Source: Candidatus Thorarchaeota archaeon (GTDB taxonomy: Archaea > Asgardarchaeota > Thorarchaeia > Thorarchaeales > Thorarchaeaceae). Taken from it: a stretch of 30,682 nt of DNA. Position 1 is the stretch's first letter; every line of letters begins with the position of its first letter. The notes under the pieces were generated by a model that saw only the letters and a list, made by a program, of their open reading frames with translations, was not told the DNA's origin and did not search any database. A program made the position numbers and the translations under genes. Location: NCBI GenBank assembly GCA_048884785.1, contig JBHLQM010000040.1, forward strand, positions 1 to 30,682, written 5' to 3'. Of the stretch, positions 9,845 through 18,336 are shown one piece after another.

Positions 9845-9927
9845 CTTTTAATAAAATTCCAATCGGCAAATGTTGTCAGTCTGTTGGGTCACGGGCAATA
9901 ATTGCCATGCCTTGCTGAAATATTTCA
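9845..9927. promoter_or_regulatory. Divergent nadA / NAD-kinase-wHTH promoter region with a TATA-like box and palindromic candidate operators
   Basis: Minus-strand TTTTATTAAAA lies ~20-30 nt upstream of the nadA ATG. Palindromes: GGCAA-atg-TTGTC (9865-9877), GGCAAT-a-ATTGCC (9894-9906) and perfect TGAAATATTTCA (9916-9927). Confidence 0.5.
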
Positions 9928-10016
9928 AAACGGTATTTCAGGTTGATTTAAGTGGCATATATCACTGATGGAGTAATCCTGATAGAAAGGAAGGATGGAA
10001 TACGAAAATCGGGATA

Positions 10017-11069
10017 GTGTCTGGAACCTCTTCAACAATGACTGAAGATGCAGATGCAATTGTTAAACTTCTAGGCAACAATAGCTTCGAAATTGTTTTC
10101 CAAGACACTCTTAATGCCATTTCCAGACCGAAGGGACGGGACTATAAAAAAGAAGAGCCAGATGTGCTTGTTGTGGTGGGATCTGACCGAACCCTACTTA
10201 ATACTCTTCTATCGATGGCAGATGTATCTATCCCGATTTTTCCAGTTGCATCGAGAGGCCACCCTGGATTCCTCTTTGATGTGACAGTGACCGGTTTTGA
10301 GCAAATCGTTGACGACTTGGTTGCAAAGAGGTGGACAGTTGAACGAAGGACAAGATTGGTAGCAATAATATCCGGGCGAAAGACGCCTCCAACTCTCAAT
10401 GAAGTAGCAATATTTCCAAGAAGAAGTGCTACGCTGCTGCGATATGCATTGCACATTGGAGATGAAGAGTTTTGGCAGGATGGGAGTGATGGGATAATTG
10501 TATCGACTCCTACTGGAAGTACTGCATATTCAATGAGTGGAGGAGGACCAATTGTTATACATCCCGCGAATGTCTTTAGTATTGTCCCTGTTAATAGCGC
10601 AAACCCTTCGAGGAGGGCGATCGTGGTCCCTGATGATATCAAGATAGAAATCCGAGATCTAACGAGTTCAGTCAGGATTGAAGCAGTTCTTGATGGCCAG
10701 TCCCGAATCCCAGTCAAGGATGGGAATATTATAATTGAAAAGTCAGTGCACGATGCCATCTTTGTTAAATTAACTGATGAAAGAATAGCTGCTCTTAGGG
10801 GGAAATTGCTAATAAAAGCTGAAGTTGCAACTGAGAAGACTCAAGAACTACCACCAAGTGCCAAGCTTGTGTTGAAGGTACTTGAATATCATAGAAGTTT
10901 ATCACAAAAGCAAATCATTGAAGAAACAGGACTGCCTTCAAGAACTGTCAGATATGCACTCAGTTTGCTTGTTTCCGAGGCGCTTGTAAGGAAACAGATA
11001 TCACTTCGGGATAGCCGACAAGCAATGTATTCCATAATTCAGGCAACTACAGAAAAACCAGAGAGCTAG
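10017..11069 (+). CDS. NAD kinase-like protein fused to a C-terminal winged helix-turn-helix
   Basis: NADK motifs VVGSDRT (for GGDGT), GHPGFL, LNEVAI and DGIIVSTPTGSTAYSMSGGGP. C-terminal wHTH: LPPSAKLVLKVL...SQKQIIEETGLPSRTVRYALSLLVSEALV...RDSRQAMY. Start uncertain (GTG 10017 or ATG 10038). Confidence 0.9.
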   Translation: MSGTSSTMTEDADAIVKLLGNNSFEIVFQDTLNAISRPKGRDYKKEEPDVLVVVGSDRTLLNTLLSMADVSIPIFPVASRGHPGFLFDVTVTGFEQIVDDLVAKRWTVERRTRLVAIISGRKTPPTLNEVAIFPRRSATLLRYALHIGDEEFWQDGSDGIIVSTPTGSTAYSMSGGGPIVIHPANVFSIVPVNSANPSRRAIVVPDDIKIEIRDLTSSVRIEAVLDGQSRIPVKDGNIIIEKSVHDAIFVKLTDERIAALRGKLLIKAEVATEKTQELPPSAKLVLKVLEYHRSLSQKQIIEETGLPSRTVRYALSLLVSEALVRKQISLRDSRQAMYSIIQATTEKPES

Positions 11070-11079
11070 AGTGATCTAA

Positions 11080-13221
11080 ATGAAAATCCCAAATAGCATC
11101 ATCCCAAAAACCAGAAACAAAATAATTCGGGATTTCTTTCAGCGGGGCTCAGATATAGCTGAAGACATTCTGGAAGGCAAAGAACCTAGATACAAAGAAG
11201 GACTCTTTGGCGAGCATTACAGTCTCTTTGCCTATGAACTTGCGAGGAATGCCAAATACGATTGCACACCTTTTCAAGAGGCAAAAACAGTTGACTCTAG
11301 CCTAACACAGGTTTTTCGTGATGTCATTGAGGAACCTAAATACAATGATGTTAGGGATTGCATTATTCTTGGTATGTATGGCATGGTTGTGGGCAACTAC
11401 ACGGACGAAGATTTCAGATATCTCTACAGATACATCCTTCGTGATATCAGAAACCTGAAAGAGATTCATGATTTTCTCTGGGAAATTCTTTCATTCTTGG
11501 CTAGTATTGATAATGACAAACCAGAGGATGTATTATCAGGAGTCCGTGAATGGATTCGCTTTTTGGGGGCTCCACTCCCAAAACCAATTGATTTCATTGA
11601 ACCCTGCATGAAGTTCGGTGTGAATCTGGAGCCTCTTATGAACACTGAAGGGATGAGATTTCTTACATCCCTGCTTGCTCATCCAGAATACTTGGAAGAA
11701 GCTATTCAGGGTAGGGCATTCGAAGATGTGTATCGACACATCAAAGACTGGGGCTCAGATGTACTTCAATCAAAGATACTTGCTTCCTTTCAGGAAGCAT
11801 CATACAAGCAGGCTCAGAAGTCAATATCAAAAGACATGACAATCCCTGAAACGATAAATCAGGTTTCAGTACTTTTTCAACGGATTGGATTTCAAGTGTC
11901 CCATGAAGTTCCAATCCCCGTCAAGCTTCAGAAGCTTCCAGAGCCTCCACCAATAGAAGCAATCAATCCAGTCGTCTTCGAGATGATTCCCCAAAAACTT
12001 AGAATGCCACTAATGACCTCAGTTGCGTATTCTACACGAACCAAAAAGGTTGAGATTATATTTCTTGGAGGACCGAGAATAGGAAGAAGTGGGATTCTTA
12101 TCAAGACAGCAACTGGAGGAATACTGCTTGATTATGGATTATCAGTGGCAAACCATACAATACCTGAATGGATACCTGAACTAGAAGCAATCGATACTGT
12201 GCTGATATCCCACAGTCATTTGGATCATGTTGGTGGATTGCCTATCCTGTATGAGAATTTCTCAGGAAAATGGTGTTCGACTGGAGTCACTGGCATTGTA
12301 ACTATGGCGCTGCTGGATGACGCCATCAAAGTCGGTACGCCAATGCCGCCCAGAAAAAGCGATGAATGGGATCGTATATCATTATTCACAGAAACCAATA
12401 TTCAACGTGTAGCAAAGAATCATGTTAGGCTAGAACTTCAAGAAGCAAGTGAAGTTGCACCAGGAATCCTTGCAACACCAATCGATGCATGCCATATCCC
12501 TGGAAGTGTGGCATATTTAATTGATATAGAGGGCTTGAATATTCTGTACACAGGGGACTTCAATTTGGACCAGTCCGTTCTCTTCCCTGGCGCAAATCTA
12601 CCAATAAATGCTGATTTTACCATCTTTGATGGTACATATTGGGGAAGAGAGGATTTCAATAGGAGCCAGGTGACTGAGATACTAGCGAACATCATCCAAA
12701 GAAAGGGACCGGTTATCATTCCGAGCTTTGCTGTTGGCAGAACTCAAGAGATGCTGAAGATACTTGACACATTAGGAATAACAAATAGCAGAAATGTGAT
12801 TGTAGCAGGAATGGCTGAAAAAGTCACGCGGCTAGTGGGCATGTCTGGTGGGTGGCAGAGTCTGAAGAAGAATAAAACTGAGCTCGAGCCAGAAGATATA
12901 CTCGTTGCAGGAGGAGGAATGATGGGAGGAGGACTAACAAGATATCATTTCGAGCAGCACAGAAACAACAAGAACGCCGCAGTCATTCCTTGTGGATATC
13001 TCGCTCCTAGGACTCCTGGTTGGAACCTTGTGAATGGATATGAGCCGCATGAGTGTCAGGTCCAGTATGCCAGACTGAGCGCTCATTCATCAGCGTCAAA
13101 TCTAGATGGATTCGTCAAATCGTGCAAAGGTAAGAAAATTATGGTTCATACGCCGGCTGAAAAACCACCTAAGGGGTTAACCATGCCATTGCTAAATCAA
13201 CGGATCACGCTTGCTACCTAG
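11080..13221 (+). CDS. Metallo-beta-lactamase / beta-CASP ribonuclease (CPSF-like) with ~320-aa N-terminal extension
   Basis: FLGG..IGRS, LLDYG, SHSHLDHVGG (HxHxDH), CHIPGS, YTGDF, DGTY, PSFAVGRTQE, LSAHS and MVH. Confidence 0.9.
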   Translation: MKIPNSIIPKTRNKIIRDFFQRGSDIAEDILEGKEPRYKEGLFGEHYSLFAYELARNAKYDCTPFQEAKTVDSSLTQVFRDVIEEPKYNDVRDCIILGMYGMVVGNYTDEDFRYLYRYILRDIRNLKEIHDFLWEILSFLASIDNDKPEDVLSGVREWIRFLGAPLPKPIDFIEPCMKFGVNLEPLMNTEGMRFLTSLLAHPEYLEEAIQGRAFEDVYRHIKDWGSDVLQSKILASFQEASYKQAQKSISKDMTIPETINQVSVLFQRIGFQVSHEVPIPVKLQKLPEPPPIEAINPVVFEMIPQKLRMPLMTSVAYSTRTKKVEIIFLGGPRIGRSGILIKTATGGILLDYGLSVANHTIPEWIPELEAIDTVLISHSHLDHVGGLPILYENFSGKWCSTGVTGIVTMALLDDAIKVGTPMPPRKSDEWDRISLFTETNIQRVAKNHVRLELQEASEVAPGILATPIDACHIPGSVAYLIDIEGLNILYTGDFNLDQSVLFPGANLPINADFTIFDGTYWGREDFNRSQVTEILANIIQRKGPVIIPSFAVGRTQEMLKILDTLGITNSRNVIVAGMAEKVTRLVGMSGGWQSLKKNKTELEPEDILVAGGGMMGGGLTRYHFEQHRNNKNAAVIPCGYLAPRTPGWNLVNGYEPHECQVQYARLSAHSSASNLDGFVKSCKGKKIMVHTPAEKPPKGLTMPLLNQRITLAT

Positions 13222-15183
13222 CTATGCAACGACTTCAAGAACGCCATCTAGGACAAGCTTTGTGGCAACAAATTTCATCGCAGGTAGGCTGACGCTTAAT
13301 TTCCGAACAACATCTTGAAGAGGCGTTGACCCATCACACAAATCAACGAACCTAACTACAACATTTCCATAGGCCTTCTGAGTATCTATGTCAACCTCGC
13401 CTTTCTTTCTGAGATGCGAATCCGGCCCAATCTCAACTTGGAAATCAACCCAGCCATACTTTTGCATGATTTGAAGGCATCCAAGTACATACTCCCGAGG
13501 GAGGTCTGTTGCGCGAACAAGACCTCCAACAGTTGAGGAGCTATTAATCGAACTCTTTACCTCAACTATTGCCTTGCCCACATTGCGGTTGGCAAATGGA
13601 AGTCCTTTACCCGCTTCTCGGGCTCGAACAATATAATCTAGGCTTATTGGCCTCAAAGGTAATTCTGCCAACACATTAAAGATTGAAGTTTCAAAGACTG
13701 TTTTGTCGCCATCCCAGTTATCCCAAATACCTGTGTACATCTCCTCAGCTTCGAGAAGGAGTCCTTTCATCTTCTTTCTGTATATTTCCTCTTCACTATC
13801 ATTGTTTACAATTAAAGCCATGACAAAGTTTTGAGATTTCTCAACCATCACAAGGTTTCCTTCGTGTTCTATCGTTTCAAGTGCATCTACTTTTTCCCCT
13901 GTTCCATCGGAAGCGGCATTCATACCTCCAAATGAATCAAGCGCAGAAATGAGGGAGGCGATTGAAGTTGTATCGGCCACCTCATCAGTATAGTCGATAT
14001 GATAGGCGACATCATAGACACCATCTTTTTGGAGAATCATCATCATGGTCAGTATCTTGGTTGATTGAGGAATGTAACTTTCAACTGCAGGTTCCTTTTC
14101 AGGAGTTTCTGTGGTTTCACTGCTTTCAGTTGAGGCCTCTCCAAAACTCCGGGCAAGTGCCCCAACTTCGTCGAACTCGTCGTCCTCCTCCGTGGCTTCA
14201 GCTTCGTGATAGGGTACCGATTCAAATCCACTATCGCCCTGTTGTTTCGTCTGGTCTTTAATATCCAGTCGATCTAAATCGTCTGTCTTGCGGCGAACTG
14301 TAATCATTTCGCTTATAGGTCGATCAGGAAGAGTGACACCTACAGTTTTTGCGGCCACCTCAAGCATGAATCTGATAAATTCATCACGTCTCGCTTTATC
14401 AGTGGCGATCATAGTAAATGTTGGAGCGCCAAGCAACCGCTTTATCTTGTCACCTTTCATTGATTCAGGCAAATCCTGTTTGTTAGCGACAATGAAGAGT
14501 GGTACTGCTGGAGCTTCTTTTCGAATGTTTCGTAGAAGGGTTTTGGTTTGCATGACATTTCTAAACGAGCTGTCTGTAATCAGAAAGATGACATCAGTAC
14601 CCTGGAAATAGAAGCTCCAGAGGTCTTGAAAAACAGCCTGTCCCGCAAAGTCCCATATAGTGACCAAGAAAGTACCAAACTGTATCGTTTCAGATGAGTC
14701 TACAGCGACATTGATTGTAGGCACATATCCTCCTGGTGCAGGTTCACGACCAAAGAGCAGTCGCATAAGTGTGCTTTTACCCACACCACCTGAGCCTACA
14801 AATGAAATTTTGAATCGTGTGAAAATAAGCTCACCCAGAATATCTTCGAGATTGTCTTTAATATAGCCCATCGAGTTCCCTCTGAGGGCCGTCGCAATGC
14901 GTGCTGCGCCTTCGCGTACTTTATGCTGAATTACGCGGTCCTCATCACGACCATCTGTGATGAAGAGAAGAAGCACATTCTCATTTACCTCTGAGTGAAA
15001 GACCTTATGGGCCTCTCCAATGAAGACGGGAGTATCTTTGGCCAAACCCTCCGTAGTATGAAGATCAGAATAGCCCCTCAGAAACTCCTGAATATTTTCG
15101 GCTTCAAAATCAATCTTCCAGAATCGAGCCCTCACCACAATTTCCCCTTCTCTTTTGTTGATGAGTAGCACGTTATGAATCAT
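13222..15183 (-). CDS. Longin - Arf-like small GTPase - longin - tandem winged-helix protein (Asgard eukaryotic-signature type)
   Basis: G1 GSGGVGKST, G2 YVPTI, G3 WDFAGQ, G4 NKQD, G5-like IAT. N-terminal longin-like MIHNVLLINKREG; acidic linker aa ~300-370; second longin (SLISALDSF, IEHEGNLVMVE, WDGDKTVF); two wH-like repeats. Confidence 0.88.
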   Translation of the reverse strand: MIHNVLLINKREGEIVVRARFWKIDFEAENIQEFLRGYSDLHTTEGLAKDTPVFIGEAHKVFHSEVNENVLLLFITDGRDEDRVIQHKVREGAARIATALRGNSMGYIKDNLEDILGELIFTRFKISFVGSGGVGKSTLMRLLFGREPAPGGYVPTINVAVDSSETIQFGTFLVTIWDFAGQAVFQDLWSFYFQGTDVIFLITDSSFRNVMQTKTLLRNIRKEAPAVPLFIVANKQDLPESMKGDKIKRLLGAPTFTMIATDKARRDEFIRFMLEVAAKTVGVTLPDRPISEMITVRRKTDDLDRLDIKDQTKQQGDSGFESVPYHEAEATEEDDEFDEVGALARSFGEASTESSETTETPEKEPAVESYIPQSTKILTMMMILQKDGVYDVAYHIDYTDEVADTTSIASLISALDSFGGMNAASDGTGEKVDALETIEHEGNLVMVEKSQNFVMALIVNNDSEEEIYRKKMKGLLLEAEEMYTGIWDNWDGDKTVFETSIFNVLAELPLRPISLDYIVRAREAGKGLPFANRNVGKAIVEVKSSINSSSTVGGLVRATDLPREYVLGCLQIMQKYGWVDFQVEIGPDSHLRKKGEVDIDTQKAYGNVVVRFVDLCDGSTPLQDVVRKLSVSLPAMKFVATKLVLDGVLEVVA

Positions 15184-15311
15184 TGACCATCACATTCCTT
15201 ATTCTGGAATTTTGGACTGTATTCGCAGTGAGCTTTTGTTATACAAGGCTTTGTGTACAACCATTCCAGTATTCCACCATTTCTGACTATGAAGCTTTGC
15301 TTGATGTATCA

Positions 15312-17012
15312 TTATTTATCTAGCTTTATTTTTCCTCTTGAATAGAGACCTGTCATGACTGTGATAAGAACATTGGTATCTATTCCGGTAGATTGACCAA
15401 TCTCTTTGATAGTTCGAGTTCCATCCGCCAATAAGGTAATTTTCTCAATATGAGAATATGTCGATTTAAGCTCGTCATCAAGAATTCCTACAAAAGTTGG
15501 AATATCTGATGCATCTATTCTTGCACGCAAGTTTATGCAACCCATGGATTTAAGGAAATGTATGGCGCCCAAAGTCATTTGAGGACCGCTCCCAGTTACC
15601 AGGTGACCCATCTCTCTTGTGCCATCAATGCTATCCCAAACTGCATGAAGAAAATCTCTGACCTGTGATGATTTGAATGAATCCCATTTTGGTTCCTTTA
15701 TCCGGTGTGGAACCATTCTTTTCTGTAACATCTCTGGAGGGAGTGTTGCTAGAAGTTTTATGGTAAATGGATGTGATGTATATGGGTCTTCAGTGCTCTC
15801 AAGCTCTTCAAGTGCCTCATCCTTCCACAAATCAGGCAAGAATGAGAACTGTGACCGAATCTCATCAACATTGTTTGTTTGACCTGTGATAAGAGTGAAG
15901 ATGAGATTCTCATACTCTATCAATGCATAGACAAATCGACCTACTTGGATAACAGACGTTTTTGCATCCTCCGATTGACCTAGTTTGAATGTGGTGATGG
16001 CAGCCACGATATTTGGAACACGTTCATGCACTTTTGCCATTTCTTCAAAATAGTAAGAATACACAGCTATTCCTGTTGATTTGTCGACTACAAAAAAGGC
16101 TTGATGTCCAAGTGATTCTGCCTCTTCCTTTACCTCGGCTTTTCTAGGGGTCTCGTCAATTTTATTATCAATGAACCAAATTTCACTTGCCAATTCCGGA
16201 TGAACATCTGACATTCCTATCATGGCGAGCACAGACAAGAGAAGGTATGACGGGTTTGGGGTCACAGAGTCACACAGATCGCCTTTGGTTTCAGCTTCAT
16301 AAATTCGCACAAGCTCCAGTTCATCGTCGGAACCAGGAGCAAGCAGCAAATGAGCATCTGTCTGGGCTTGTATCAGTCCAATAATCTTTGAAATATTCTC
16401 CTTTTCATGAAGCGGTCTTCCAATAATCACAACAACTGCATCAGTATCACTCAAGGGAGCCTTGAGATTACCTTTAACTGCTTCATCCAGCGGAATTCTA
16501 GACACCCGTACATTGAATGGACCCAAACGCACAGGACTGCTGAAAACTCTATCATCCGTCTTTGTATAAGCAAGCAGTTTTGCAACAGCACGAGCAGATG
16601 CGTTCTCTATACTTGGTTGGGCTGGAGATATGAAGCAGATCTTTACACTTGGAGGTAATATGCTGGCAGCAATTTCCGGAAATGACTTGCTAGCCTCCCT
16701 GGGGCCTTCTTCTTTAATGATAGGATTCAATCTTTCAATTAATGATTGAATAGCCTGCCTCTCCTTTGATGATATCTCGCTGGCATGATATACTCCGATG
16801 AAAAGGACACCATCGGTAACCTGGTATACACATACCCTAAACGATTCTAGAAGTATCGTCATTCCGTCTTTGAATGAACCATCTTGCAGGGCGGTGAAGT
16901 ATTTCTCTACAACTTGCTGAATCACCATATTGGAGATTTGCATGTTGATGAAAGAAGTCGATGACCAGACCTTTGCTCCTACAAGATCATAGAGAATCGA
17001 CTTCACAATCAC
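15312..17012 (-). CDS. Paralogue of 13222-15183: longin - degenerate GTPase - longin - tandem winged helix
   Basis: SD-like AGGTGA before the GTG start; collinear motif matches to the neighbour (VKICFIS/FKISFVG, SDTDAVVVI/QGTDVIFLI); longin FFVVDKSTGIAVYSYYF...IVAAITTF; wH repeats IDGTREM and ADGTRTIKEI. Confidence 0.8.
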   Translation of the reverse strand: MIVKSILYDLVGAKVWSSTSFINMQISNMVIQQVVEKYFTALQDGSFKDGMTILLESFRVCVYQVTDGVLFIGVYHASEISSKERQAIQSLIERLNPIIKEEGPREASKSFPEIAASILPPSVKICFISPAQPSIENASARAVAKLLAYTKTDDRVFSSPVRLGPFNVRVSRIPLDEAVKGNLKAPLSDTDAVVVIIGRPLHEKENISKIIGLIQAQTDAHLLLAPGSDDELELVRIYEAETKGDLCDSVTPNPSYLLLSVLAMIGMSDVHPELASEIWFIDNKIDETPRKAEVKEEAESLGHQAFFVVDKSTGIAVYSYYFEEMAKVHERVPNIVAAITTFKLGQSEDAKTSVIQVGRFVYALIEYENLIFTLITGQTNNVDEIRSQFSFLPDLWKDEALEELESTEDPYTSHPFTIKLLATLPPEMLQKRMVPHRIKEPKWDSFKSSQVRDFLHAVWDSIDGTREMGHLVTGSGPQMTLGAIHFLKSMGCINLRARIDASDIPTFVGILDDELKSTYSHIEKITLLADGTRTIKEIGQSTGIDTNVLITVMTGLYSRGKIKLDK

Positions 17013-17064
17013 AAGCAGTCACCTAGCTACCAACAGTAGAAGAAGCCTTACGCCTAAATCAAGG

Positions 17065-18291
17065 TTATCCGGATTGATGCTTCACCAGCTTTTCGAAGGA
17101 TTTCACCCCTCGCATATAGTTTTGGTATAAAGTAAACATCTGAGAGATATCATACTTCAGCTCATGAGAACCTCCACCTGATGGTATTATGGGAAGATCA
17201 GAAATTGCATCTTGGACAGTGAAAGCTTTGGTCAATGTTGCCGATTCATCTAAAGAATGCTCAACCCTCTTCTCTTTGCCCACTTTCTGAAATAGAGGCA
17301 ATGGAGCAGCTGGAACTTCGCCTGAACGATTTGCAGCAATAAAAACACGTCTTCTTAGCTGTGGAACTCCATATTGCTCAGCATTAAGCTGGAACCATGT
17401 ACATGAGTAGCCGGAGGTCCGAAGTCTTTCTTGAACCTCACTCAGGACCGACTGGTTTCTTTTTGTTTTCAAACCTACAACATTCTCAATTATTACATTC
17501 TCAGGTTGAAGATGCTCTACAATTCGTAGGAGTGAAAACATCAGCATGTTTCGAGGATCACCCAGCTCCCATTTTCCTGCCATGGAAAACCCTTGACAGG
17601 GCGGCCCTCCCGCAAGAATTCCAAGTGTCCGGCCTTTGAGTTGTGTCTCTGCAAGTTCTACAAATTCCTGAATTCCGTCGGATTTAGAAAGATCCAGACC
17701 AAGTGCCCTTGTCTTTGGATGATTCTCTTTGTAAGTGGCTATCATATGCTGGTTGTTATCTACTGCCAAGAGTACATTATGATTTGAGTCATGAAGACCT
17801 TGAGATAGACCACCAGCACCAGAAAACACATCAATGGCTCGGGTATGTCTGATGGTTTTGCCGATTGCTCGAGCCAGCAATGGAGGCACAGCATTTCCAA
17901 TCTGCTTGTAGATAGATGTGTTGCTGCCAAGGAATCTATAATCATCCTGGAATGATTGAAGACGTGCTGCCTCCCTGAAGGAAATGAGTCGATTCTGAAC
18001 CGGATGAATAAATGTGCCATTTCCTGGGCGATTGAAATATGTGTTAATTGTATAGCTCGGCATATCTTGTCTTAACCGCCCATAATATGTTGTCCGACCT
18101 CCTTTCTTTCTAATGTTCATGACGCGGTCCGATTGATTTGCTACATGTAATGGTATATTCTTCCAATTACCTCCAGGTGGAACAGACTGAATCATTAGCA
18201 TATCCAGTTCGCTTAATCTTGCAGAAACGTGGTTGTAGACTAGTGAAGAGCTGCAAGAAAGTGCAGACTGGATTTCCTCGGTTTGTTTCAT
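17065..18291 (-). CDS. DNA (cytosine-5) methyltransferase with circularly permuted motif order
   Basis: The target-recognition region, motif IX (REAARLQSF) and motif X (YKQIGNAVPP) precede motif I (DVFSGAGG), IV (GGPPCQGFS), VI (ENV) and VIII (YGVPQLRRRVF). Confidence 0.93.
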   Translation of the reverse strand: MKQTEEIQSALSCSSSLVYNHVSARLSELDMLMIQSVPPGGNWKNIPLHVANQSDRVMNIRKKGGRTTYYGRLRQDMPSYTINTYFNRPGNGTFIHPVQNRLISFREAARLQSFQDDYRFLGSNTSIYKQIGNAVPPLLARAIGKTIRHTRAIDVFSGAGGLSQGLHDSNHNVLLAVDNNQHMIATYKENHPKTRALGLDLSKSDGIQEFVELAETQLKGRTLGILAGGPPCQGFSMAGKWELGDPRNMLMFSLLRIVEHLQPENVIIENVVGLKTKRNQSVLSEVQERLRTSGYSCTWFQLNAEQYGVPQLRRRVFIAANRSGEVPAAPLPLFQKVGKEKRVEHSLDESATLTKAFTVQDAISDLPIIPSGGGSHELKYDISQMFTLYQNYMRGVKSFEKLVKHQSG

Positions 18292-18336
18292 GGCTGCTTT
18301 TGAAATGCTAATGACCGCATGAAAATGTTACCATGT

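Noticed and set aside
13219-13224. Abutting convergent stop codons of the beta-CASP and GTPase genes
   Set aside because: Common in compact archaeal genomes; not evidence of a functional link.
755-18291. Two circularly permuted proteins (SBP and m5C MTase) in one window
   Set aside because: They belong to unrelated families about 14 kb apart, and the MTase permutation is an established family trait. Coincidence.
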